Positions 23,699-37,249 of a stretch of 64,000 bases of DNA are shown here, piece by piece. Location: the NCBI GenBank assembly GCA_973895155.1, contig OZ316895.1, positions 3,087,659 through 3,151,658 of the forward strand, in the 5' to 3' direction. The position numbers and the translations under genes are program-made. The notes under the pieces were generated by a model. It worked only from the letters and a program-made list of their open reading frames with translations, did not search any database and was not told the origin of the DNA. Position 1 is the first letter of the stretch. Every line of letters starts with the position of its first letter. Source of the stretch: Marsupella aquatica. Its lineage: Eukaryota; Plantae; Marchantiophyta.

Positions 23699-26298
23699 CT
23701 CGCTGAGCACATTACCTTGCCTAGACAAAGCCAAAGTCATGGTGATATTTCATAGTGTACCAAGAATTTTACATTGTCACAACGATTTTACATTGACAGT
23801 TCGTGTGACAGTATGGCAGAAGGAATCACTGGTATTTTATAGTGGAAGTGGAGCTGTTTCACAGGGATTTTCTTACTGTTCTTGTGGTGGGACGTTGTAT
23901 TGCACGAGGGATCCCTGGTGGCAAGAGTGAATAGTGGATGCACACAAAAGCCACAGCAAAGATGCCGTCGCATGACGTAAGCTGATTATTGCACGGAGGC
24001 GAAATCACGAGCGTCCCAGGTAACATCTTGGCCAACGAACTTTACCTGGCTCTAAACAATTACTCACTTGATATAATTTGAAGCGTTATTTGGATTATCT
24101 TCGTGACTAATTTCTGCAGCAGGAATCGGTTAAGGTGTAGCAGGGAAAATACTATAGGAGTTCTGGGCGTGAAAGGTGATATTTCCGAGCAAAATTCACA
24201 CATACCCCCTCTCCCGTTCCCTGAAGTAGAGCAAACGAAAACAGTCATACTTCATGATTTCCATGCTCCAAAACATGTTTCTCAATTTTGCTATGAGCTC
24301 AGCTAGCAACTGATGCTTGAAACATCTGACCATATATTGTACTTTTCATGCAAAAGCCGAACTTCCGTTTCCTTGTGTTGTAATTGAATCATCAACAGAA
24401 CAAATTAAGTAGAGTGAAGCATTCATCATGCAATATGTACTTAGAACGTTCACTGCTCCAACAGTGAGATGAACATCGCGTGACGAACATTATGAACATT
24501 GCGTGATGAACATTATGAACATTGCGTCTAGGCAGTTATGCAGACTGCAACGAATTCTCTTCCGAAAGGGCTTGGATGACTACAGGAGAAGGCAAGTCGA
24601 AATGGACAACACGACACATTGAAAGGGAGAGAGCGGGCCACATAAGACAAGAAAGACAGGGTTTGATGGAGGACCACCCTCCCACTTCGGATCCTAGCTC
24701 TGGTGTGGGCTCCGTGGCTCCGTGCGCACCATTTTGAGGCAAAACACGACATCGCATGGGACCCATTGAATCGATCTCACTGGCAGATCGCGCTGTCAAC
24801 TAATGTCCTGAATATGACAGGGTAGAAATACAGTTGACTTCTCTGAAGAATGTCTTTATCCGCCAGAGTATCTTACTGCCAACAATGCAGATTGACAAGG
24901 GAGAATTGTATTTCGCACACTGCGCGGACAGAACGAGAGCAGCACGCAATGCTGCTGAGTCGTGCATGAATGGGTTCCCGATGCCACTCCTGACATGGCA
25001 AGCGGTGTACGATACAAGGTCACTTTCGGTAACATGTCATCGAATCACTACGTCAGTACCCAATTGCAATAACATTACAACCGAAGACCAAACGGGGGAC
25101 AACAAGGAAATCCATCAGAAGTGGCATGAAGAAACATTGACGAATGAAACTGGATTCTTGGGACTTCTGTAGTCTTTACTTCATCGCCGCTGCGTCATTC
25201 AATTACAGAGAAACCTTCCACGACGGAAGGAGGCTGACTGAATTAAATGCAACCCTCAACAAAGAACTTTCTGAGAACCTCCTCCGCCTTCATATTTAAC
25301 AGCAATGATCCACATTCAGATCCCCATAGCTTACCTTCAATATCTGTATCCGGTAATTCTTTGTTCCCACAACTAGACTCATGCTAGCAGGTTTCACAGA
25401 ACCTGGAATGGTAAGGTCTCTAGTCAAGGCATTCCATCCAATCGATCTTTAGCGTTACGGCTGCCGTACAGTCTGCATCGAGACAGGATTGCTTTAGGTG
25501 AGGACTCTGGATAGGCTTGACTTGGTAACGACACAATCGCCCGATGAAGAGTCTCGTGCTTGCCACTGAAATTGAAAATAGTAAAAGCGGGACATGTGCC
25601 CATGGCAAGGTGAGCTTATGTAACACTCAAGTGTCAGAAGAAATCCAAAGTCTAACGAGTAAATCTGCAGGCAGCCTTGCCCATGGGCAAGGTGAGCTTA
25701 TGTAACACTCGACAGTCAAGAAGCGTCGGAGTCCAATGAGTGAATCTTCGCCTAGCCTTCAAACACATGACCGATACCACGTAAGTGGATGCATTCAGCT
25801 GGCGCCCATGGTATGGAAGTGCTACGCGTAGATGGTAATGATAACTTTGGCCAGATTTGAGTGTACCTGCTTGGGAGCCCATATTCTCTACTCTAAACTA
25901 AGATTGATTTAGTATTCGTACAGTCGAAAGGAAGAAGACAATGCTTTCAACCCATCGAAAAGAAACCACTCCACACAAATCTCGTCCATCAAGAGTTGCG
26001 ATAGATCAAGATTAAGCCTCGTTGGAAAAAAATATGAGGCCACATTTTTCTGGTAACTTTAAGTAACAATCCCCGAAAATCTTCTGGGAAAACGAGGGAC
26101 GTCAAAACCACACCACCAGACTTCCATCGCGATCGTATGCGAAGTCGCCAGGCTCATGCGCTTCGTGGCACGTACAAGTGTGGGAGGCAGTACACACGGT
26201 CTCGAGAGGAGAGGAAAGAGCGAGCAAAACAATACCAACGTCTGGCTCTACCCATAGCTCTCGGAAAATCTCTGGAGACCACAAATCGCATCAAACAG

Positions 26299-27455
26299 TC
26301 ATAAACCTCCGTAGCTGCACCTCACGACCATCCTCTGCTGCTTCTCAACCTTTCCTTGCGCAGAGCCTCCATCCAATCCGCACCCGAATTGCAGTGACCT
26401 TTCAACTTGATAACCTCCTCCAAACGCCACCTCCCGCTCCAGATGTGTGCAGTAACTCTCAAACACACTGACAGTGACCTGAAGGCGGAAATCCAAGCGA
26501 AAGAGAAACTCCAGCTCCAACCTATTCATCTCCAAAGTGGTCACCCCTCCAACCTTGGCATAATATGCATTGTTGTAATATCTGCACAGAACGAAGGGCC
26601 TCTGATCAGACGTCTCGCACTTCCAAGAAGGATCCTTCCATAAGTACGTTGAATTACCAATGTACCACCTAAACCCGTCTTTCAGCAGGTACTTGACACA
26701 CCTACTGAATCAGATATGGAACTACCACCAAAGAAAATCTACCGCACAGCTGCCAAAACTCCTGAAATGAGAAGCATAAGGAACCCTAAAGCTTGAACCA
26801 GAACGACTGTTGAATGTGCAAGATATAATCAATCCCCTCGACATGCCTCAGGAGATCGGAGGCTCTAGAGGCCCCACATTCTGTGCTCCGTATGAAAGAT
26901 AACAGTACAAGTCTCATACACAACAGTTTGGACAAACCGAGCAAGAAGGGTGGCAAGGATGAGGATGCTCGACCACACAATGCTACCGATCCAGCACTAA
27001 AAACCCAGCCTGCGATGATAGGATACTCACGCGTCATCGAGGAACTTGGCTGCAACCATTACACTGGTGACCAGGAGTCGATGGACATTTAGGGATGTGA
27101 TGGGGATTCCCGGTTGTTGATGAATAAATCGATCGATGTACGCGTAAGCCGCAACGAAACACGATGGACTGCAATTCGCATACTTGAATATCCTCTCCAG
27201 GTACTTCTCAATGCTGATCGTGGGAGCGCGGAGTCCGTGGAATACCGTCAACTTCTGTGGACTCAGGGTTCGACTCAATGCAAGCGCCTGTCTCTCGTTT
27301 CGTACGACCACTCTATCCAGCAAAGAGGCAAGGACAGACAACACACGAGGCCTCTCACAAAATGCAGAATCGGCGCCGTTCAGCTCCAGTGCTACATACA
27401 GATCATTGCAGACGCTCCCTTGGGCCACTTCGTGTGTGTGCACGATGGTCACCAT
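26299..27455 (-). CDS. P/U-type (PHO80-like) cyclin; exons 27455-27031 and 26581-26299, 235 aa
   Basis: [50 protein letters not shown]|[13 protein letters not shown] and [11 protein letters not shown] are typical CYCP/CYCU cyclin-box motifs; GT-AG intron keeps frame. Confidence 0.95.
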
Positions 27456-30400
27456 TTTCTCTCCGTCGCAGCCCTTTCTTGCGATGACGGATATATCAAT
27501 TCAAGAACCGCTCGACCCGCTCTTTTGAAGAGCACTACCAAAGGTGGTGACGGCCTCTGCTGTGAGAGCGGCTTCTCACAGAGCGCCAACTGTGGTTAAG
27601 ACATCAAGTCGGCAGGATGAGGCTCCTACAATATCATCAAAATCCCTTCCGAAGTATGAACGACGTCACCGCTACAGCAATCGACATAATTGATAACAAA
27701 TGGAGTCGACTGTCCGCTTACCCCAGCTCATTAAAATGTAAAGCGGAACCAGCAGTGAGGTTCAGTTCTTCTGAAAGAATGGTTTGCCTAACAATAATGC
27801 GAGTCCGCAATGCAGTGAGCATGACCAAGGCCTAAGTTCATCCAGTGCTGCTGCTGAGATTGAGAAACAATGGCGAAACAGAAGTAACTTATCAAACGAA
27901 CTGGACTGCAGACATTCACAATCTGTCACAACCGGCAATGAAGCCACAAAGGACAACGGAACGTCGACAGAAGGTACGAAATTGAGCTCCACTGCAGTTC
28001 TCAGAATGAACGTCCGCTACTCCGCTTGTCGGCAGGCAGGACAGTACTCCCGGACACAAATGCCGCGGTGCTCGTCCCTCTGCGAACTAAAAGGAAAATA
28101 TGGTCGCACTCAGTTCCTCACCCTCCCTAGTGCCTGTCTGTAATCCAGCTCTGCACTCCCGGCCACAAATGCCGCTGTGTTCGGCCCTCTGCGCACTAAG
28201 AGGAATATAATGGTCGGACTCTGTCGCCACTCTCTCTGTTGCCAATCTGTAATCAAGCTGGCTCTCGAAAGGTTGTTCACTCACTCACTCATCCCGACCT
28301 GCACAGAGCCCGGACTTCGCTTTCACAGACTGGCCGCGCGACCGGAGATGACGGTGAAGCGGAGAGGAGACGAGAGGAGACGGGAGGAGAGGCACAGCGG
28401 AGCGGAAAGAAAGGCAATGGGGGAGAGACACACACGCGGGATAGACGAGAGGAGTGAGAAAGCTGTGCGTATAGCAATAATCACAACAACCCGCTTCGAC
28501 CGGAAAGAACAGCACAGCCCCAGCGTCCAAGCGAGAAAAGTGAAATCCAGCACCTGTCAGCTTTTATCCCTCGCTGAATGCGCAGCAGCAGAGGGAGTGA
28601 GCGAGCGTAGCGAGGATCAAGCGCAACTCATCAATAGCGCCTCGATGGCGGATCAATAGTTGAAGCAGAAGGAGCAGAAACACAGACGAGACAGACGAGC
28701 GAAAAGATCTGTCTTCTGCCACTCCCTGCTTGTTGTTGTGCTGGGCTCCACTTCGTACGCTGGTCCACACTCTCGAGGGTGGGGCCCCGCCCTCAATCAG
28801 CCAGCCCCCCTCGCTCCCCCGCGACCAGACAAAACAAACATCCTCCACCCGATCCAACGATCGCCTCCCCCACACGAAGAAGAGCAGGATCGCGAATTCG
28901 CGGCCAACGCTTTCTCTCCAGCAAACCATATTATTATTATTATATTAATTATATTATTACGGCGACTGGCGAGCGAATCCCTTCCCAGTCAAGTCATGCC
29001 TCCCTGCGTGCCGCACCTGCAGCCAACCCGATTACCCGACCCTACCCAACCCAACCCAACCCAACCCCCCAGCTAGCTCCACCCACCGTACCCGCACAGT
29101 CGTCGTGAATTACGGTACGCCGGAGAAAGAATTCGTGAGAAGCATCTTCTGATCTTGGTCGTAAACTGATCCATCGTACGGTTGGTATTTAATTTGATGA
29201 TTAATACAACGGAAAGTCGGAAATACAGTATCGCTTGTGGGTCTGAGAGTTGCGATACTTTTCTGTATCGCGATTCTCAAGTCTCCGCGCATTCCATTCG
29301 ACATTATATTTTCTGGCGCACTCGTCTACCACCGCGCCACCGTCCGCGGTAGGCTCTTTGGCTTTGACGAAACCACACTTGATCATCAACCGCGGTTGAG
29401 AGATGGACGAAGGTACCGGCCCCTCTTGTCCATCAAACCTCACTACCGTAGTGCATGATAAAAGGACATAAAATAATTGTTTTATTGTTTTGGCACTATT
29501 CCATATTTTGGATAGGAAGCAAAGTTCGATTTCTTCTCGCCAGAGTGGAAAATATTGGTGTTTTTCTTGCAAAGAATTAGAGAGATGAGCAAAATATTCA
29601 GAAATTACAATTTGGTCTGCATGTTTCATGTATCTACTGAGTTGACCTAGGCACTATCTACCCCACTTGGACACATATATGATCCAGTCTGACTGCCTGG
29701 TATCACCACACGCACTACAGTGCCCTCAGAAGCAAGCTAGAGTAGTCCCACTCTGGCTTCCAGCTTGTACTTTGCAGTGCAATTATCTGGCATAATACTC
29801 TGGGCAGATGGATGAACCGCCCTGGCAGGATGTCATCTACCAAACCAATCCAAAAATACGAATAAAAATTGAGTTGGGCTCCACGCATCCAAAAGCCCTT
29901 TGGTAAGGTAATGTCCCCAGAAAAGCACTTAAGCCAGGCCTGCCGTTGGCTTTATCCGTTTGGCTCAGTTGTTGAAATATCTACTATTGCAGACCTCTAT
30001 TTTAAGTGGCAATGTACTAGTTGGAGGCAACTTGCATGTAACAGTCCTAAGGTTTCCAGCCCTACTATCCTCAAAACAGTTGGCAACAGAATTATCCTGC
30101 AAATAGACCCATAGGAGTCTGGAAAGACCTGGTTGGGAAAGCTCTGTTGCCAACGTTTCTTCTTGTGCATACCTTTACGTACATATGCATCTTGCATCCG
30201 TTGTTTGTCATAGTTGAGTTCTAGGGTCTATTTGCATGGGGACTCAAATTATGCATGTACCTTCTTATGCATGTCATTTGCTCGACCTTTTCTGTACATC
30301 CACATTTTAGATGCTATTAGTTCAGTTGTACGGTCTATTTGCACTCAAATTCTGCATACCTTCTTATACATGGCATTTCCTCTACCTTTAGTGTACTCCC

Positions 30401-33400
30401 AAACTGCGATTATAGGACAGAAGAAAACCTAGAGGGCGAAGATGCCATTAAATCTGGGAAAAAAATCCCAAAGAGGAAACCTTTAAGACTAACTTTAAGA
30501 TGATTTCCATTTGCCCCTGTTCCCCCCCCCCTCTACCCCTTGTGGCAAACATGTAGGCAGCAAAGGTGTGTTGTGCCAGGAACTACACTTCCTCTGTGCC
30601 GCCTGTCTTTGCATGAAAAAGGGTGACAAGGGAGTGAGTGGAAACCTTACTAATTAATAAAGCACTATGCAAAGCTACTTTGAAGGGCTAGAGTCTGGAG
30701 TGAAACCTCTAGACCTTAACTCTTATTAACTAAAAAAGTGACAATGACATTGACTCTAAACAAAGACAAAACTGAAATTGTGAGCTGCCAAAATACAAGG
30801 ATGGGGGCAAAGATGAATGGAACATAACACAACATTCTTTTTCTTGTAAGATATTTGTTTGTCTTCATTTATATTTACTTTCACGAAGGGGTAATGAGGC
30901 TAGTCAATGCTTATTACTCACCTTGACAAAGCCACCACACCCATCAACAGAGCAAGGAAAACCTACGGGTGGGTCTTGTGGATCCCTGTCGGTAATCACA
31001 CATCAAAATGTGGTTGCATTCATTAATTGAAAGAAAAAAACTAGGGTTATCATAATACACAGGGGTGTATATGTCATATTTTGATGTGCAGTTATCGAGA
31101 CCCCTTGTGGATGGTGAACCTTCACGTGGGAACACAAATCCCTCCCGGTTCCGATCAAAAGACACAGAGCTCACTGTGGGGGCACTCCGCCCTCACTCCC
31201 TCCATACATCGCGTTACGCCACCAATCGAAAAGGAGGCGACCTGCCCTATATGGTCAAGTCCCGTCCACTAGCAACGAAGCCGAAACGCCCCGCCCGTCG
31301 CCAACTTTTACTTACCGTAATTCGCCGAACTTCAAAAGTTCAAACCGTGTCAGCCAATCAGCTGGTCCACCAATCAGCCAGCGCACGCGGCCAACGCGGT
31401 CGTCATGGGATTGCATCGATTCCACCGTGTGGGCCGTCCGTGCAATCTAGATCAACAGCCTGGATTGACGTGAAGGAATGCAAAACGCCAGGGCTCACAG
31501 CATGCGTCCTTTGGCCGCTTATTGGCTCCAAGGGCTCAAGTTAGCAATAAGCCAACTTGGCCGCCACCGCGCTCCTTCCGTTGGCCACTCCCGTGCTGAC
31601 TGCTGAGGTGTTGTGTTAGCGTGCGGTGCTACCGTACCGCGTCATTTCTTCAGTACCGGTATACAGTAAAACGGATCCGTAAAACTTTATCCGTCGCGAT
31701 CGCCGTGGTTTTCCTCCAACTACAGTTATGATTTACGACGGACTGTAACTATGTCGTTGATTTTTAGTTACTAACCTAACGCTTTCCGTCCGTGGAGTGT
31801 TACCAGCCTTTTCGTTTTTGTTTTGTTATTTTTTAAACGCAGCTCTGATGGATGGACAGATGCTAAGATAGATGATTACAAACTGCATGGGCCACTTTGA
31901 ACATTATTTTTCATTCAGCTAGCAATTTACTCTGTGTAAGTGTTCTTTACTGGGGTATCACACAGTGTGTGGTTCTTTGAACCGACCAAGACAAATGTTA
32001 TGGTCCCTCACCATCAATTTTCTTATAGTGTTGCATCACATAGTCACATGGAAGAACTGGGGAGAACCCCACCATCATGCACAGTTCAGTGTCCAAGTGT
32101 CTGCACATACCAAGCATTGGACGGGTGAGGAAAGTTGAAAACTGCACATCCAACAACTTGTTCTCAAGATTGAACTCTCATGTAGAGAACCTTTTGTTGC
32201 AAGAGTTGCACATGATGCCACCTGTGCCTAAAGCATCGCCGCCACCCAAGCCCACTATGCATGTAGAGGGAATATCCTCAACCCCAATCTCCAAACTCAC
32301 AAATATTCCTTCAAGCACACTCAAGACCAATTATTTTCCTAACGTCTGCCTGCCTGCAAAATAGATTTTGCCATCATCTGAGACCTACTTCCAAAAGAAC
32401 GTCATCTTCCCTATAATTCACACAGAACAACTCACCCAAACCTTATTACATAGTGTACAGTCACTATACCCCTTAACATTCACCTTTGCCTACTTAGACG
32501 ATGCCTATTCATTTGTCCCAAGTATGTTGACTCTCATGTTTGGAGGAATACCTCTGCTATGATCACATGTGAATTTCTCCTCAATCCCTTCATAGTTGAG
32601 TGAGTGGGAATTTTCATTTTCCACGCCCAGGAGGAAGGCCAAAATAAAACTAGAAAGTGAAAGATTGAGTGTAGAAGGTGTGGGAGAGAGGTTCAGTGGA
32701 GTAACAGCTTGGAAAGGCAACCTGAATGGAAAACAAATAGTAAATTCGTTGGTCCCTCCTAATTCAGGGCCTTGTGATGTACACGTATTCATGGTCACCC
32801 TGCCAATTATAAGTTATATTGGGTGTGGACGAAGCGGAAGCGAGAATGTCGGCTTAAAGTCACTATTTTAAGTCATTCAGGCTATGTTATTTGGTTATGT
32901 CTTAAACAAATCCAATCATCATAGAGGGGTCTAGCAAAATTTATTAAAAAGGATTTGGAAAAAATGAGAAAACAACATTATTGACGTGAACTTTTAAAAA
33001 AAATAGGCTGCTTGAGAATTTGATCACTGTATCCGCTTGCTAAATTACCTTTGGAAATGGACTCTCAATGGAGGCCAGTGAGACCTGCGATAACTCCAAC
33101 CCAGCACTCGAGAAAAAGATGTACAGTAGAGACAATTATTTGTGAGCTCACTGTACTAGCATTCGTAGTGGCTTCCCCAACAGAATGATGTAGAGTGCTT
33201 TTGACACAGTGAGGACAAAAATATAGGAAATCATGTTGGGTGGTGTTAATTTTAGCATTGGGGGAACATATGGAGAGCTGGGAGCGAATCCCTAGTATAA
33301 AACTAGAGGGCTTGCAAAGGTTGAATTTGGCCCATTTAATAGGTACCTTCAGATGTTTCCCAGCTTTGCCCCGTCAGATCTGGTAGCTAGGGCCTGATAT

Positions 33401-33427
33401 AGTAAGGTGTGTGGCAAATTTGGTCAG

Positions 33428-35711
33428 GGAGACGAGTCTCTGTTTTGTCATTAAATGCATCTTGGTTTTCCCCCACACCTCATCGGAAGACTCTCCTCGT
33501 TTTTCTGTCCCACTTTTTTCAGGCCAGCCTTTTTGGGTCCCCTGGCTGCCCCTGCCCATCCCATGCTTGGGCAGCCCTTAAAACCTCGCCCTTTTTGGTA
33601 ACCCCTTTATTTCTATATTTTTATTTTAAATAATGGGTTCTCTGGCCCGCTCTCTGGTCATTAGTCAGATTTTTCTAACTGTATTTTGAAAGTTTGAAAC
33701 ATGGAAATAAAACCCAAGACCAAAGAGCCAAATAAGGCTAGCGCAGTCACCAATTGCAAGAAGAACTAAACCCTCCCTACAAATATAATTTTTTTCAGGC
33801 AGGAATTTCTCTCAGCATTGAGTGTGGTTGCATTGAGGTCTCTTTTGTAGGAACAAAATTATCTCAGATTCCATAAAAGAACTATCTGGTTGAAGGAGAA
33901 TGTATATGTGACATTTCCAAAGAACAAAAAATGTCAAACTAGGAAACAGGATACCAAAGGCAAGTGACTCAATAAAGGGGTGAAAACATTAGCCTAACCT
34001 CTGTACGATTAAAGAGCCAAAATAAGCCTGAGTCCAAACAACTGCAAAAATGACTAAAATAACTACAACCCTATAGAATCAAAGGATGTCAAAAATTTCT
34101 GGCATGAATCAAAGGATGTCAAAAAGTCTGGTTTGGTTGAGAAATGGAGTTGATAAAAGACAAAGAAAGGAATTTCAAGGCAGAAACTAAACGATCACAA
34201 AAAGCGCCAGCAAAATACTTGATGGGTCCCCTCTAGGTAAAGATATTCGTGACTAGCCACTCACTTTTCAAATATACTTAATGGGGCCCCTTGTCCCTGC
34301 AACCCTTTCTCATGACCTGTGTCAGTGATTCTTTTCTGCATTTTTTAATTGTAACATAATCTTACAATTATCTACATCAGTCCACCAAATGTACTCTCTA
34401 GAAGCAATTTTAAGTGTACACTTGCTTAAAATAAATAGATAACATATGTACAAAGTATTTAGCCCTTGTCACTCCCATATTCATTTGTTTTCATGTGTTG
34501 AAATACTTGTGCAAGGTAAGTACTACTTTAAGGTACCTAATATTTACTCTCTTTAGTTATTCCATCTCAATTTTTTTGGCAGTACTCACACCTGAAAGTA
34601 TTTCTCCAAAGCATAGTCTTACCTGAACTTTAGTAAGGCAAGTCAATGGTTTTGGGTACTATTTTTTTAATTTGTTTTCTGCAAATAAATCACGTGTGAT
34701 TTAAACAATTCTTTGATGTTATTTTGCCAAAAAAAAGGAGTCCAACGTGAGTATTTCCTAAACACACCAAGTTCTTTTTGTGAAAGTTTCTTTTGTGTCA
34801 CTTTGAGTAAACATAGAGATGTGAATTGTGATATGATTTTGATAGCTAATTTTGTGGTTGTTTCACCAACATTGAGCTCAAATTTTAAGGTCATATAACT
34901 GCTTTTACTTTTTGTTACTATATGCATCCTAGTGCTCATTTTTATGAATCAATTGATGCCTTGTGAATTCAATTAGTGCATTGTGTACTAAGCTAAACAA
35001 TAAAAATTACCATTTAAGTGACATTGTGTAAATTGCCTGAAATGCTCTAGCTAGATGCTCACATCTGAAAAAAACTTTCGCAAAAATAACACCAACGAAA
35101 AGCTCAAGTCTAACATGAATATTTCCACAAAGGTTTTTGGCAAAATAGCATCAAAGAATGGTTTAAGGGCCACTTGATTTAACTGCAAAAAACAAATTTT
35201 AAAAAATAGCACCCAAATAGCATCGGCGAGGCACCCGGATTTCACCCAAACCATTGGTTCACCTTACTAAAGTTCACGGAAGACTATTCTTTGGAGAAAT
35301 TGGGGAAAGACATAGAAAGGGGATAAGGGAAAGAGTAGATGCTTGCCGTAAACACTCCTTCGTGTCATGGCAACTTTGTTCACCACCCCTACTCAACAAA
35401 CAGTCAGCAGCTGGAAGGGTGGGGTTTTAGGGGCTGCCCAGGCATGGGATGGGCAGGGGCAGCGAGGGAACCCAAAAATGTTGGCCTGAAACTGACTTGT
35501 GACACAAAAATGAGGAGAGTCTTCAGGTGGGGTGTTGGGCAGGAAGGGTGTGATTTTAAGGGCTGCCCAGGCATAGGATGGGCAGGGGCAATGAGGGAAC
35601 CCAAAAAGGCTGGCCTGAAACTGAATTGTGACACAAAAATGAGGAAGGTCTTCCGGTGGGGTGTGGGGGAGAACCTAGGTGCATTTAATGACAAAACAGG
35701 GAGTAGTCTCC
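33428..35711. mobile_element. Non-autonomous long-TIR DNA element (Mutator-like), ~165-bp TIRs, right TIR partly duplicated
   Basis: 33428-33592 is the approximate reverse complement of 35545-35711 (ends ggagac / gtctcc); 35413-35541 is a second tandem copy of the inner TIR. No TSD recognisable. Confidence 0.72.
34601..35299. mobile_element. Nested MITE-like element with ~38-bp inverted ends
   Basis: tttctccaaagcatagtcttacctgaactttagtaagg versus ccttactaaagttcacggaagactattctttggagaaa; AT-rich interior. Confidence 0.6.
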
Positions 35712-37249
35712 GTTAATATATTTCCCTTAGTATAGATTGCCAACTCAATTGTGGGCTCGGTTTGTATTCCTATTTAAACGAAAACTTCAAAAATATTGGG
35801 TAAGGATTTGGTGACAGGTAGTCAACAGACCTGCATTGTCTGTTAAATCGTCGCTTCTCAATTGTTTCTTGCAAAGAGATAACCACCCAGAGTGAGTCAG
35901 CAAGCTATCGGAAAACCCGATTGTCTGTATATTTCATGCATCGGTTACAAGCACCTGTGATACTCACATTACACCCACCCACCCAGAATAAATTGGACTA
36001 GAACCGATAACTAAATCTGGGTTCAAAACCCTTTGGTCGTGCTGTGTACTTAGATGTGTATATTTGACTTTGGTCGTGGATACAATGTGAGACCGCGAAT
36101 CAAACGTTTCCATATCATTTTTTTGTGTTCGTTCTAAAATTCGAACTTATCAGTTATGAGTCTCGTAAAGTTGTTGCATTTTTAATAAATTGTTCTTTTC
36201 CTTTTCGTCAATTGATTATTGAACAAGAATCAATGCACATTGGACTCCGAAATAATCATCATTCTACTGCTTGCCATCATATCTAAGGTGTTCCATGCGC
36301 ATTCTCACCCACCATTTTTAACAACCCAACCATGTTTCTACGTGAATCTACGTGTAATTAAAAGCAGAGGGGGCAAAGAGGTCTCCATTTTGTCATTTTA
36401 CAATGTAATCTGTACATCATTTAGGAGCCCCGAGACCGTGGAGGACGACGAGGCAACAACATGATGCGCTTCGCATTCTCACGTTTACCGAATTTATGAT
36501 TAATTACACTTATTGCCTTGATCAGTTCCACATCATTCTCATTACAGGATACCACCTGAAAAATGCCGTACTCTACTAAGATTGTGCGGTTCCCGGCAAT
36601 ACCGCCGCTAAAGTCAGGCCTTGTCAGTGTGTCCGATCGGGAGTGGACAGACATGCACGTGTCTCATCTAATGGCCCCCGTCACGGATACCGTGCGCTCA
36701 AGCAGACACTCCTTCCCCAGAAAACCGCTACTTTGGTGGGATTTAGCCCTCTGCCGACTTTACCGTCCTAACCACCCGCCAACCTAAACGGTAAATGCGG
36801 CCTTGTGAATTGGCAGCCTGAAACTCGAGGCCTCATAAAGGAAGAGTCCCGGCGATTGCTCGGTGTTATGGAGCAAGGCCGCGCCCCTGCAGGAGACATT
36901 CTTGGAAATGACGCCGGAAAGAAATCATTTAAACTCTATAAATGCCAATTAGAAATTACAACAGAGAGCCTCATCGACGCCCACGATCTTCCAGTTTCTC
37001 CTGATCCTGTTCCAGGAACCGTCGATGATGAATTAATTTCTGTCCAGCTTTTGTACAGAGAGTACGGTATCTTTCCAGTCGTTTTCCGGTATTCATCGTT
37101 GCTGTGGAAGTGTGGAGTGTTGCTTGCAGAACGTACGTACGGACATGAGATTCGATCCGATATTCCGAGGTACAGTATTCGTCGTTATCTCTGTATTTAT
37201 ACTGTACTCTTTTCCGAACATCATTGATTCCCATTGAAGAATGAGTTCC

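Noticed and set aside
27114-27599. Antisense ORFs over the cyclin, SDR, ERMP1-like and DUF716 genes
   Set aside because: Shadow frames of real coding exons on the opposite strand.
28503-28520. Partial resemblance to miR529 (agcacagccc)
   Set aside because: Only the 3' half matches and no hairpin partner is visible.
28177-29108. Several overlapping 110-160 aa ORFs
   Set aside because: Low-complexity GA- and C-rich leader or promoter sequence upstream of the cyclin, mostly non-ATG starts, no domains.
31065-31800. 159-aa ORF and GC-rich island with CCAAT motifs
   Set aside because: GTG start, no homologous motif and no downstream gene structure identified.
36541-37093. EYGIF(Q/P)VV read on opposite strands, resembling the DIOX_N motif or an inverted repeat
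   Set aside because: Similarity covers only ~30 imperfect bp and the flanking residues do not fit a dioxygenase.
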